IMG/VR virus record: IMGVR_UViG_3300036770_002271
Coordinates: 1 to 63,379 of that record
Source of the DNA: a virus
Taxonomy: Duplodnaviria > Caudoviricetes
DNA length: 63,379 nucleotides
Reading direction: 5' to 3' (one strand)
Shown in pieces: positions 11,205-19,684 of this stretch (the stretch's first letter is position 1; each line of letters opens with the position of its first letter). Under the pieces are notes generated by a model. The model was not told the DNA's origin. It saw nothing but the letters and a program-made list of their open reading frames with translations, and made no database searches. Both the position numbers and the translations under genes were made by a program.

Positions 11205-11846
11205 TTAATTGATTTTGAGGTCCTTGATGAGGCGCATTACTTCCTCTTTCAAGTACTTTTCTACTTTTTTGTTGCCCTTCACTTCCTTGCCAATTTCTAA
11301 TGCCTTATGACCATACTTCATGTTCATAACACCTTCGTAAATTGCCTTTGGATACGCATTTGGTGCGCTTGGTTGAGCAACGATATCGACAGTGATAATT
11401 TCAAAATCACTGACACGGCCATCCAAATCGTTAACATTACCACTACCACGACTTGAGACACCTAATTTAACACCACTTTCCAACATAGTCTTTACTAACT
11501 GACCCATTGGAGTTGGCAATATTTTAAGTTTACCGAAACCATTTGGCCCGTCCATCCACATACTTGTTATCATATGAGATACACGATCCAAGTTAATCTT
11601 TAGATCGTCAGGGTGATCTACTTCCCCTAAAACTGAGTAACCTTCGCTAATTTGTTTGTTAAGGGTCTCAACGGCATTTTCAATTTCAGAAACAGGGTAA
11701 ACACGCTCATTAGCGTTCTTTACCCCACCCTGAATGAAGATACCCTTCATATAGAGGGTCTTCAGGTCGCCTCCCTGCTCGGAGACAGATTCAACGACCA
11801 TACTCGCTCTATCGAACGTTAAGTGCTCTTTGAGTAACAAAGCCAT
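11205..11846 (-). CDS. gp21: Prohead maturation protease (gp21-like)
   Basis: GIFIQ..KNANERVYP, LGEVDHP, LGVSSRGSG and DIVAQPSAPNA motifs. Confidence 0.95.
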   Translation of the reverse strand: MALLLKEHLTFDRASMVVESVSEQGGDLKTLYMKGIFIQGGVKNANERVYPVSEIENAVETLNKQISEGYSVLGEVDHPDDLKINLDRVSHMITSMWMDGPNGFGKLKILPTPMGQLVKTMLESGVKLGVSSRGSGNVNDLDGRVSDFEIITVDIVAQPSAPNAYPKAIYEGVMNMKYGHKALEIGKEVKGNKKVEKYLKEEVMRLIKDLKIN

Positions 11847-11860
11847 TTGTTCTCAGTTCC

Positions 11861-12655
11861 TTAACTTTTAGCTACTGGGCTACGATCATACGCAGCACCG
11901 TCTTTACTTACTGGCTTTGGTGTTGAATCACCTTTCTCTTTGAAATTGTCCTTGCCTGGACTATTCTTAAAGTTACCAGCTCCCTTTACACTTGTTTCAC
12001 CCTTAGCATAAGCATTGCTTGGGCCTTTTGGACCTGTTGGAACACTTTCAGCAGCACCACTAAATTTTACTGGCTTGCTGTCCATTCCTGCTTGTCCACT
12101 GTTTTGTAATCCTGGGCTTCTTGTTTGAACGCCATTGTCGCCATGTGTTACACTTACTTTTTGTAACTGTACAGCTTCCATCATGGCTTCCTCTTCTTCA
12201 GCGCCCATTTCTTCTTCATCACCTATTTCCATATCATCACTGCCGCCCATTTCTGCTTGGAACTCGGCCATTAGTCTTTCTAACTCATCGGTTTTTTCTT
12301 CAAGATCACCGACACGGTCTTCTAAGTCTTCGCCGTCCATGCCATCGTCTTCTTCATCACCAGGCATTAACTCAACTTCTTCTTCATCGTCAATCTCAAT
12401 ATCTTCGTCTTCATCTTCTGACATTTCTTGACCTTCTTCTTCAGCACCGATTTCATCTAATAGTTCGCCAACTTCGCCAACCATTCCTTCATCCATGTCA
12501 CCGTGCATTGATTCATCCATCATTTCTTCGTCCATGATAGACTCATAAATCTCGCGGCTCTTTTCAACAATTATTTCGTGAAATAATTGCTTAGCCTGTT
12601 CTTCGTTCTCATTGATAATTAAATCAATAAGTTGTTCAAATTTTTTGTTATCCAT
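11861..12655 (-). CDS. Highly acidic prohead core-like protein
   Basis: Glu/Asp/Met-rich; occupies the T4 gp67/gp68 position between portal and protease; GGAG RBS and CTAAATA (12693-12699) upstream. Confidence 0.6.
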   Translation of the reverse strand: MDNKKFEQLIDLIINENEEQAKQLFHEIIVEKSREIYESIMDEEMMDESMHGDMDEGMVGEVGELLDEIGAEEEGQEMSEDEDEDIEIDDEEEVELMPGDEEDDGMDGEDLEDRVGDLEEKTDELERLMAEFQAEMGGSDDMEIGDEEEMGAEEEEAMMEAVQLQKVSVTHGDNGVQTRSPGLQNSGQAGMDSKPVKFSGAAESVPTGPKGPSNAYAKGETSVKGAGNFKNSPGKDNFKEKGDSTPKPVSKDGAAYDRSPVAKS

Positions 12656-12761
12656 TATGAATATCTCCTGATGTAAAATGGCTTTGTAGATTTATTTAGT
12701 GCGTATGCCAAAAAATAGCTCTAAATGTGCTGATTTTTTGCGTTTTTGGTAAGATTATTAA

Positions 12762-12995
12762 TTATAGACTTGGAGCGCCAGCTGCTTGCTCTGGTTTTGC
12801 CCCATATTGATCACGCACTTTCTTTAAATATTCTTTTTTTTCAAAGTTGCGAACATCTAACATCTTACGCATTTTGCGTATTTGTTTTAGAGTAAATTTA
12901 GTTTTTCTACTCATTTTCCACATTGGTCTACTGTTATCATTCTTAATATCCTGATAACCAGAGATTGGGGGATCAAACATTTCATTTAAGTGCAT
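12762..12995 (-). CDS. Small basic head-cluster protein
   Basis: 77-aa Lys/Arg-rich ORF directly after the portal gene; GATAAATA (13001-13008) 5 nt upstream. Confidence 0.7.
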   Translation of the reverse strand: MHLNEMFDPPISGYQDIKNDNSRPMWKMSRKTKFTLKQIRKMRKMLDVRNFEKKEYLKKVRDQYGAKPEQAAGAPSL

Positions 12996-13009
12996 AAGTT
13001 TATTTATCT

Positions 13010-14794
13010 TTATGCTGGTGCTGCTGCCGGTGCCGCTGGTGCTGGTGCTGGTGCTGGACTTCCCACAGGTGCTGTTCCTACAGGCCCTGCTACCTCTGGA
13101 CCAGCTTCTTCAGGAGGTGCTTCTAATTCTTCTCCAGTTTGTAAATCAGCTTCAATATCTCCACTGCTTACTCCAACACCACGAATATCAGTACCACTTG
13201 GAGTATCAACAGGTGCTTTATTATTTTCTTCCTGCCATAATTTTTCGTTTCTTGTAATTTCTTCCTCTGTTAATCCTAAAAATCTTTCTAAAGCAAAACG
13301 TTTACTCATATATGGAAATGCTTCCATTGTAGCAAATGTACTTACTCTTGCTGTATCTAATTCACTTTGACGATAAGCAGCAAAGTTTTGTGGTGGATTA
13401 AAAACTAAATTAAACAATCCACTATCAATATTCAAACCTCTCCAACGTAAGAACAATTTAAATTCTTCATCCAATTTCATTGCCAAATAACTTTGCAATC
13501 TTTCGCAATATTGATTAAAACGAAACTCTTGTATCATAGCTGTGCCAACACGACCATCACTTAATGGTGTGGTATTATCATCTGGGCCAGTTGGCAAATA
13601 ACTACTAGGAACACGCAAACCACGAGCTAAACGATTGTTAAAGTATTTTAAGTCATCAATCTCGCCTAAGTTTTGTCCACCTGGTAATACTTCTACACTA
13701 CTTCCACGACCTTCGGCAGTAACAGGGAAAAAATAATCTTCATTCATACTAAGTGGATTATATGTAGCATCTACAATACTTTGTCCACCATATAAACTTG
13801 GTATTCTACGTTGGTGTATTTCATTTTTTATACGTTCTACAAAAGCCATAGCCATGTGACTTGGCATATTACCAACATCAATTTTAAACATTCTACGTTC
13901 AGGCGCACGTTGAACACGATAAATTAATACAGCATCTTCTAATAATTCTTTTTGCTTGTATACTTTAAAAATGTTTTCCAATATACTTTGACCAAAAGGC
14001 CAAAATCTATCTAATCCTTCTGTTAAACTTAAATGAACAATATGTTTAGCATCAATTGCGCTTTCACTTTGTCCCAATGTAAATCTACTACCTGTTGTAT
14101 TATATGGCATAGCTGGAACGGTATACGGTGTATTTGTTCCACCTCCTGTACCACCTAATCCAGTTGCCGGGTTCGCAGCAAAGTCTGTATTAGTTTTTTG
14201 TGCTACGCTAAGATTTTGTAAGTTTATGTTAATATCTTTAAGAACATACTGTTCAGGTTTTTTACCTTCACTTTCATTCACAATAACTTTAATAACTTTG
14301 ACCATATCTACCCAATATAGTTTAAAGTTTTCAGGATCACGAACAAATACCTGATCTCCATATTTTACTACATTACGAAATATTTTAAAGATACGATTAT
14401 CAAATTCATTTAATTTACACCATTGCTGTAATTGAGTTTTTAATAGTTCTACTTCATGCGGAGTAGGATCGTCTTTAAACTCAAACGCAAATGGAGTTTT
14501 ATTGTGTTCATTACGTTGTGTAGAAAATTCTGAAATAATATCTAAGCAAGCATTAATTTCAGCATCAACATCCATCATTTCGTACTGATTATAACGTTCA
14601 ATACGATTTGGGTGCCCTGTATAAACTTCAGGCAAACGACTCATATAATTTTTATAACCAAACTCTGTGTTGTTATATCCACCAGTTGGCATACTATTTT
14701 GTCCAATTCCATTCCAAGCACCATTATTGCTATTAGCTCCACTGATTGGACTTGATACGCCACTACGGTTTAAAAATTTCTTTTTATAAGTCAT
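13010..14794 (-). CDS. gp20: Portal protein (gp20-like)
   Basis: LLEDAVLIYRVQRAPERRMFKIDVGNMP, EDYFFP, LPGGQNLGEIDD and LRVPSSYL motifs; CTAAATA at 14811-14817. Confidence 0.96.
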   Translation of the reverse strand: MTYKKKFLNRSGVSSPISGANSNNGAWNGIGQNSMPTGGYNNTEFGYKNYMSRLPEVYTGHPNRIERYNQYEMMDVDAEINACLDIISEFSTQRNEHNKTPFAFEFKDDPTPHEVELLKTQLQQWCKLNEFDNRIFKIFRNVVKYGDQVFVRDPENFKLYWVDMVKVIKVIVNESEGKKPEQYVLKDININLQNLSVAQKTNTDFAANPATGLGGTGGGTNTPYTVPAMPYNTTGSRFTLGQSESAIDAKHIVHLSLTEGLDRFWPFGQSILENIFKVYKQKELLEDAVLIYRVQRAPERRMFKIDVGNMPSHMAMAFVERIKNEIHQRRIPSLYGGQSIVDATYNPLSMNEDYFFPVTAEGRGSSVEVLPGGQNLGEIDDLKYFNNRLARGLRVPSSYLPTGPDDNTTPLSDGRVGTAMIQEFRFNQYCERLQSYLAMKLDEEFKLFLRWRGLNIDSGLFNLVFNPPQNFAAYRQSELDTARVSTFATMEAFPYMSKRFALERFLGLTEEEITRNEKLWQEENNKAPVDTPSGTDIRGVGVSSGDIEADLQTGEELEAPPEEAGPEVAGPVGTAPVGSPAPAPAPAAPAAAPA

Positions 14795-14818
14795 TATATT
14801 ATCTCTGTTATATTTAGT

Positions 14819-17575
14819 TTAAGTTCTCGCATACTTAACTAACTTATCCTGTAGTGACACTCCTGATTCTAATACAGTAATCATGGTATCTAATTTATCA
14901 CTTAGTTGTTCTTGTGATTTGATAAACATACTCATTAGATCACCCATTTCAGTATTTTTAGTCGAAGTTGCTGGTGATATTGCCTCAGGGAACACACTTT
15001 CTATTGGACTTTTGGTTACATTATCTTCAAGTTTACTTTTCAAATTTTCAACCATTTGATTGGTTAATACGTACTCATCATTTTTAAGTAATACTGGAAA
15101 ATCACCTAAGCTGCTTTTAAAGTATCCACCATTATGTGCGATTTCAACGTGAAAATGTCCACCTGTTGTTTTAGCTGTTTTATGAGCAAAGTATTCATCC
15201 AATACCTTATTAGCACCCATACCCATGAGTTGTTGTCTTATTTCTTCTGCCTCTCTAGCATCTTTAGGAGGCGGATTCATAGCAAAATCAAGAGCCTTTC
15301 CTATAGTGTGCTTACTTGTTTTTCTTTTTTCTTGGTGAAATTTATCGTTTAGTGAGGTAATTACAACACCAGGAAATGTTTCATTAATTTTATGAGCCAT
15401 AGCAATTAAGTTAGGATCAGCTTCTCCGCCACCTGTTCTTTCTTCACGTTTACCACCGAAATTTAGTCCTGCCAGCGGATCTCCTTCACGCTTTCTAACT
15501 TCAGCGCCCATATTTGCTATTCTTTCTTCTTTTGCTGCTCCTGCCATTGCCTGAACTCTAGATCCTGCTCCTTCAAGACCAACCGCACTTAATCCTTTAC
15601 CTAATAATGTTCCAATACCCTCTATACCTTTAGCAGCATAAATTTGAGCCTTATCAACCAAATCTGCTTTTTTCATTAGTTCGGCTTCTTTTTCAGCAAG
15701 TTTTGGATCTTTTTGTTTTTGTTGCTCTAGTGCCTTATTAGGGTCGGTCATTATTGCGCCTGCTGTAGCACCAAAAGTTTTACCGTAAGCTCCTGTTATT
15801 TCACCAAATTTATCTACAGCTTTTCCAAATTGATCTGAAGCATGTGACAAAGTTCCTGCTGAATTTTCATTTCTTATAGCATCTTCACGTTGACTTCTTA
15901 CCAAATCAACTTGTGTTATAGTTTGCTTATCTACAACTTCACGTTGTTGTTTTAGATAATCATCTAAACTTAAGCCCATTTTTTTGGCTTGTTCCGGGGC
16001 ATCTTTCAATCGTAAATAAAAATCGCTTGCTGTTCCAAAGCCCTCTGCCATAACACTTTTCACAGCATCAGCATTAAGTCTACCTACACTAGCAAATTGT
16101 TTTGCTTGATCTTTCATTTCTGTAGCTGCTAATACCATATTTTCTGCTACAGTTCCTTGCCCTTTACTAATTCGATCCAATAATTGTGGAGCACTTTGAA
16201 ATGTTTTTACTGCTTCAGGACTTGTCATTGCTTCACCAGCAGCAAAATATTTTGCTACTCCAGCTGCCATTCCTTTAGCACCAGCAGCATACAAAGATTC
16301 AGCATTTTTTAATGCTCTTTCTAATTTTTCTTTCTCAACAGCGTCTTGTTCATCTAACATAGCAGCACGTAATTCTTCAATTGCTAGTATTTGATTACGT
16401 GCCTCTTCTTGTTCTTTTCTTGTAGCTCCTGTTAATTCAGCAAGCTTATCCATTTCAATGATATAATTAAAAGCTGATTTGTTTAACTTTTCTTGGTCAG
16501 TAATTCTTGCTTTACCTAAACGTGCCTCAGTTGTTAAGAAAGAAATCATGCTTTCACGCTGATCAGCAGCAGTGATACCCATTGTTTCTAATGTTCTACC
16601 CAAATCACTTTTAATTAACGTGCCCGCATTTTTTACAAAACTTTTTAACCCTTCACTTGTACTAGCACCTAATAATTTTAATTCTTTACCTGCTCCTTTG
16701 ACAAGACCTGTGAACTCACTTACTTCAGCCATCGTCAGACCAAGTTCATTTAATTGTCTTTGTAGTTCTGTCATACCACCAGCACCAATCATGCTGGCTT
16801 TGCCTAATTCATTAAATCCTTGGAATAATTTATCCTTAAGTCCTGCTACTTGTGTGGCAAATTCTAGTGCTGTGTCACTTGCTTTAGCATATGCCTTAGC
16901 CCCTACTCCTAAAATAGCAGTTAAGGCTCCAAATGCCAATCCAACTGGGCCACCCATCACTGCCATAACAGCACCCAAGCCTATCGCAAAATTTCCAAGT
17001 TGATCAATTACACTATTAAATGCCTTTCCTACTTGCTCTGATTGTTTTGCTACAAGTTGTTGACCACGTTCTCCTGCTAATAAACTTTTTGTGTAATTTA
17101 CCTGAGCATCATATGCTGCCTTTAAAACCGTGATACCACCATCTACTATAACTCTCAATCCTTGTAATGCTACAGTTGCACCAATACCACCTCCAGCTAA
17201 CTGTGTTAACCTGTCTTGCATAACACTTAAGGCACCGTCAACACCTGAGGACGAATTCATTATCCCCCTAGCTATGTCACCCTGTTTCTTGGCATTGTCT
17301 AATACTACCTTAGTAGCATCTTCTTCTGCTTTCGTGCGCTTTTCTGTCGCATCGAGTGCCTTTTTTTCTGCTTCAGTAGATTTTTGTGTTAATTCTTTGT
17401 CATCTTGACCAAGTTTGTTAACTTGCTTTGTTAATTTGCCAAAGGCTTCACCTAATTTATCACTTTGAGTTTTAGTTGAGGTAAAACTACTACCAAGACT
17501 ACTACTAGTGTTGGTTAACTCACTGAATCGTTGATTTAATTCATTAATAGTATTGGGGTCTAAATTTTCAGCCAT
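14819..17575 (-). CDS. Tape measure protein with C-terminal M15-type peptidase motif
   Basis: 918-aa Ala/Gly/Lys-rich helical protein with a hydrophobic segment; KHTIGKALDF...GGHFHVE metal motif; adjacent to the chaperone-like gp26/gp51 locus. Confidence 0.75.
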   Translation of the reverse strand: MAENLDPNTINELNQRFSELTNTSSSLGSSFTSTKTQSDKLGEAFGKLTKQVNKLGQDDKELTQKSTEAEKKALDATEKRTKAEEDATKVVLDNAKKQGDIARGIMNSSSGVDGALSVMQDRLTQLAGGGIGATVALQGLRVIVDGGITVLKAAYDAQVNYTKSLLAGERGQQLVAKQSEQVGKAFNSVIDQLGNFAIGLGAVMAVMGGPVGLAFGALTAILGVGAKAYAKASDTALEFATQVAGLKDKLFQGFNELGKASMIGAGGMTELQRQLNELGLTMAEVSEFTGLVKGAGKELKLLGASTSEGLKSFVKNAGTLIKSDLGRTLETMGITAADQRESMISFLTTEARLGKARITDQEKLNKSAFNYIIEMDKLAELTGATRKEQEEARNQILAIEELRAAMLDEQDAVEKEKLERALKNAESLYAAGAKGMAAGVAKYFAAGEAMTSPEAVKTFQSAPQLLDRISKGQGTVAENMVLAATEMKDQAKQFASVGRLNADAVKSVMAEGFGTASDFYLRLKDAPEQAKKMGLSLDDYLKQQREVVDKQTITQVDLVRSQREDAIRNENSAGTLSHASDQFGKAVDKFGEITGAYGKTFGATAGAIMTDPNKALEQQKQKDPKLAEKEAELMKKADLVDKAQIYAAKGIEGIGTLLGKGLSAVGLEGAGSRVQAMAGAAKEERIANMGAEVRKREGDPLAGLNFGGKREERTGGGEADPNLIAMAHKINETFPGVVITSLNDKFHQEKRKTSKHTIGKALDFAMNPPPKDAREAEEIRQQLMGMGANKVLDEYFAHKTAKTTGGHFHVEIAHNGGYFKSSLGDFPVLLKNDEYVLTNQMVENLKSKLEDNVTKSPIESVFPEAISPATSTKNTEMGDLMSMFIKSQEQLSDKLDTMITVLESGVSLQDKLVKYART

Positions 17576-17585
17576 TTTTAGGGTT

Positions 17586-17608
17586 TATAAATATTCTATG
17601 TATTTATC
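17586..17608. promoter_or_regulatory. Pair of oppositely oriented late promoters (TATAAATA plus 17586-17593; GATAAATA minus 17601-17608)
   Basis: Both motifs lie in the 63-nt gap between the divergent tape measure and gp26-like genes. Confidence 0.7.
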
Positions 17609-17638
17609 GCATACAAATATCCATATTCAGGAGATATA

Positions 17639-18460
17639 ATGATTAACCCATTAAAGCAATATTTTCGTCGTGCTTCCATTACCGTAAAACTACCAAGCCA
17701 AGGTAAATTCTATCCACCAGATAGTATTGATATGCCAGTGACTGGAGAATTGCCAGTTTATCCAATGACTGCTGTTGATGAGATTACAAGTAAAACACCG
17801 GATATGTTATTTAATGGATCCGCTATTGTAGACATTATAAAAAGCTGTGTTCCTAATATTAAAGATCCATGGCAAATTCCTAGTATTGATATTGACCCAC
17901 TAATGATAGCAATACGTTCGGCTACATTAGGTAATGAAATGGAAATTGAAAGTCAATGCCCAAGTTGTAATAATATAGGAAAGTATGGGATTAATTTAGT
18001 TAGATTATTAGGTTCATTGGAGCCTGGAAATTACGAACAACCACTACAGATTGACGAACTAAAGTTTAAATTTAAACCCTTAAAATATAAAACAGTTAAT
18101 GATACCAATATGAAACAATTTGATATACAAATTGAAATTAATCGTATAAGTGAAATTACTGATGAACAAGAAAAAATGAAGAAGTCAAGTGAAACTATGA
18201 AAAAGTTGAATATGACAACTTTCCAATTGGTAGCAGAAAATATTGAATACATTCAAACTCCAACCGAAGTTATTAATAATAGAGATTTTATCTATGAATA
18301 CGTCACCAATGTAGAAAAGAAAACATTTGATAAAATACGTGACCATGGAATAAATTTAAGAAAACATAGCGAAATTAAACCAATGAAAATTAAATGTGTA
18401 AACTGTAGTCATGAATATGAACAAGGTTTATCATTGAACGTTACTGATTTTTTCGGGTAA
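17639..18460 (+). CDS. gp26: Baseplate hub assembly/tail chaperone protein (gp26-like)
   Basis: LPSQGKFY, PMTAVDE, DIDPLMIAIRSAT.G, CPSC and CVNC motifs and C-terminal DFF; GGAG RBS. Confidence 0.8.
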   Translation: MINPLKQYFRRASITVKLPSQGKFYPPDSIDMPVTGELPVYPMTAVDEITSKTPDMLFNGSAIVDIIKSCVPNIKDPWQIPSIDIDPLMIAIRSATLGNEMEIESQCPSCNNIGKYGINLVRLLGSLEPGNYEQPLQIDELKFKFKPLKYKTVNDTNMKQFDIQIEINRISEITDEQEKMKKSSETMKKLNMTTFQLVAENIEYIQTPTEVINNRDFIYEYVTNVEKKTFDKIRDHGINLRKHSEIKPMKIKCVNCSHEYEQGLSLNVTDFFG

Positions 18461-18498
18461 AGCTTCTGAATAGTAAGCCACAAGATATTCAGAAGCTT
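18448..18498 (+). other. Programmed -1 ribosomal frameshift signal
   Basis: In-frame slippery heptamer T TTT TTC (18448-18454), 5-nt spacer, then a perfect 13-bp stem (18460-18472/18486-18498). Confidence 0.8.
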
Positions 18499-18684
18499 AT
18501 AGATGGATTTGAAAATGAGGCAAAATCCATAAAGGAAAATGCTATAAAATTATGTTGGTATATGAGAGGTGGTATTAGTTATACTGATATTCTTAATATG
18601 AGTCCTTTTGAAAGAGAAAGTATAACCAAACTCATTGAATCTAATTTAGAAACAACTAAAAAGACGGGATTGCCTTACTTTTAA
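18448..18684 (+). CDS. gp51-like frame (78 codons), probably expressed as a -1 frameshift extension of the gp26-like protein
   Basis: Open from TTT 18448 to TAA 18682-18684 (FFRVKLLNSKPQDIQKLIDG...LCWYMRGGISYTDILNMSPFERE...TGLPYF); no ATG in the first 38 codons; not in the ORF track. Confidence 0.75.
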   Translation, partial: FFRVKLLNSKPQDIQKLIDGFENEAKSIKENAIKLCWYMRGGISYTDILNMSPFERESITKLIESNLETTKKTGLPYF

Positions 18685-19081
18685 AGACGAACTTCGTTCG
18701 TCTAAGTCCTTCACTACGTTCGGACTTAACTTTACAAGGAGATTACTTGCCGCTAGGATGTCCATGGTAGTGCTATTCAGCACTACCAAGTTGACTTGCC
18801 ATGCCCGTCAATCCATGTTGTCTTTGCCCATACATACAGCCTTACTGCTTATGTATCCTACCGGTTGCCCTGTAAAGTTTATGGCCTGTAGTGAAGCTAA
18901 TGTCAGTTATGACACCTCTTCGGCAACGCACATCCTATAACATCAAGACAAAATAGTTATAGGCTTGTTGAGTGTTCGCTTTGTCGATTGCACTCTCGGT
19001 ATATTGAGGATATCCCCCTACTCCAGTTCCGTCGGCACAGCACTATCTGTACTTCCTCAAGGAGGGTCGAAGACTTCGACC
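18685..19081 (-). ncRNA. Candidate large structured non-coding RNA of unrecognised family
   Basis: About 400-nt intergenic stretch, more GC-rich than its flanks, with more than 10 helices and several loop-to-distal pairings; two helices extend through G-U pairs only on the minus strand. Confidence 0.7.
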
Positions 19082-19091
19082 AAACAAATTT

Positions 19092-19649
19092 TTAAATGTT
19101 AATACTTAGTATGTTTTGTTTTGATTCTGACTTGGTGTCAATAGTTGCTGAATATTTTTTAAGAAGGTCTTTGTTGTTTTTGAAAAAGTCATCAAATTCA
19201 AGTATGAGCCAATCACCATATTTTGTTGTTGAATAATACATAAAGTTATCTGTGATCCAAGTAAGACCACATTGTACTGCTACAAAACGACCTTTGCGAT
19301 TAAACTTCATAAACAATATGTTTAAGTCATTACTTTCGCTTACAGTCATTAACTGATCAATCCAATTATTTAGTAATTTACAATCACCTAAAAGTACTAG
19401 GTGAAATGGAAAGTCAGCATAACTTTTGCACTCTGCGTTAAAAAGAGGGAAACTTTGTCCAGGCACAATGTCTCCCTTAAAAGATCGAACCTGTCCTTCG
19501 TGTAATAATTCTTTACGGACTTGGTTCTTACCTCCCACATAAGCACCACTACCTGGGGCTCTAATAAAACTCTCATTATAAGTTTCAGTTAAAAACTTCG
19601 CAACTTCTCGCTCAAAACTAGAGCCTTTTTTCTTCTGTGGACTAGGCAT
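19092..19649 (-). CDS. Hjc-type PD-(D/E)XK nuclease, putative Holliday junction resolvase
   Basis: KGSSFEREVA, SGA, GDI and ECK motifs; directly downstream of gp46. Confidence 0.8.
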   Translation of the reverse strand: MPSPQKKKGSSFEREVAKFLTETYNESFIRAPGSGAYVGGKNQVRKELLHEGQVRSFKGDIVPGQSFPLFNAECKSYADFPFHLVLLGDCKLLNNWIDQLMTVSESNDLNILFMKFNRKGRFVAVQCGLTWITDNFMYYSTTKYGDWLILEFDDFFKNNKDLLKKYSATIDTKSESKQNILSINI

Positions 19650-19684
19650 AGTATTATATATTAAAATAAAATGTCATCAAAAAA

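Noticed and set aside
18758-18940. 60-aa ORF inside the structured intergenic region
   Set aside because: Atypical composition and an SD-like GGAG too far upstream; dense base pairing explains the region better. Not fully excluded.
18685-19081. tRNA, tmRNA, RNase P or self-splicing intron identity for the structured region
   Set aside because: No T-arm/CCA end or GAGGAAAGUCC match, no group I/II core recognised, and both flanking genes are intact and convergent.
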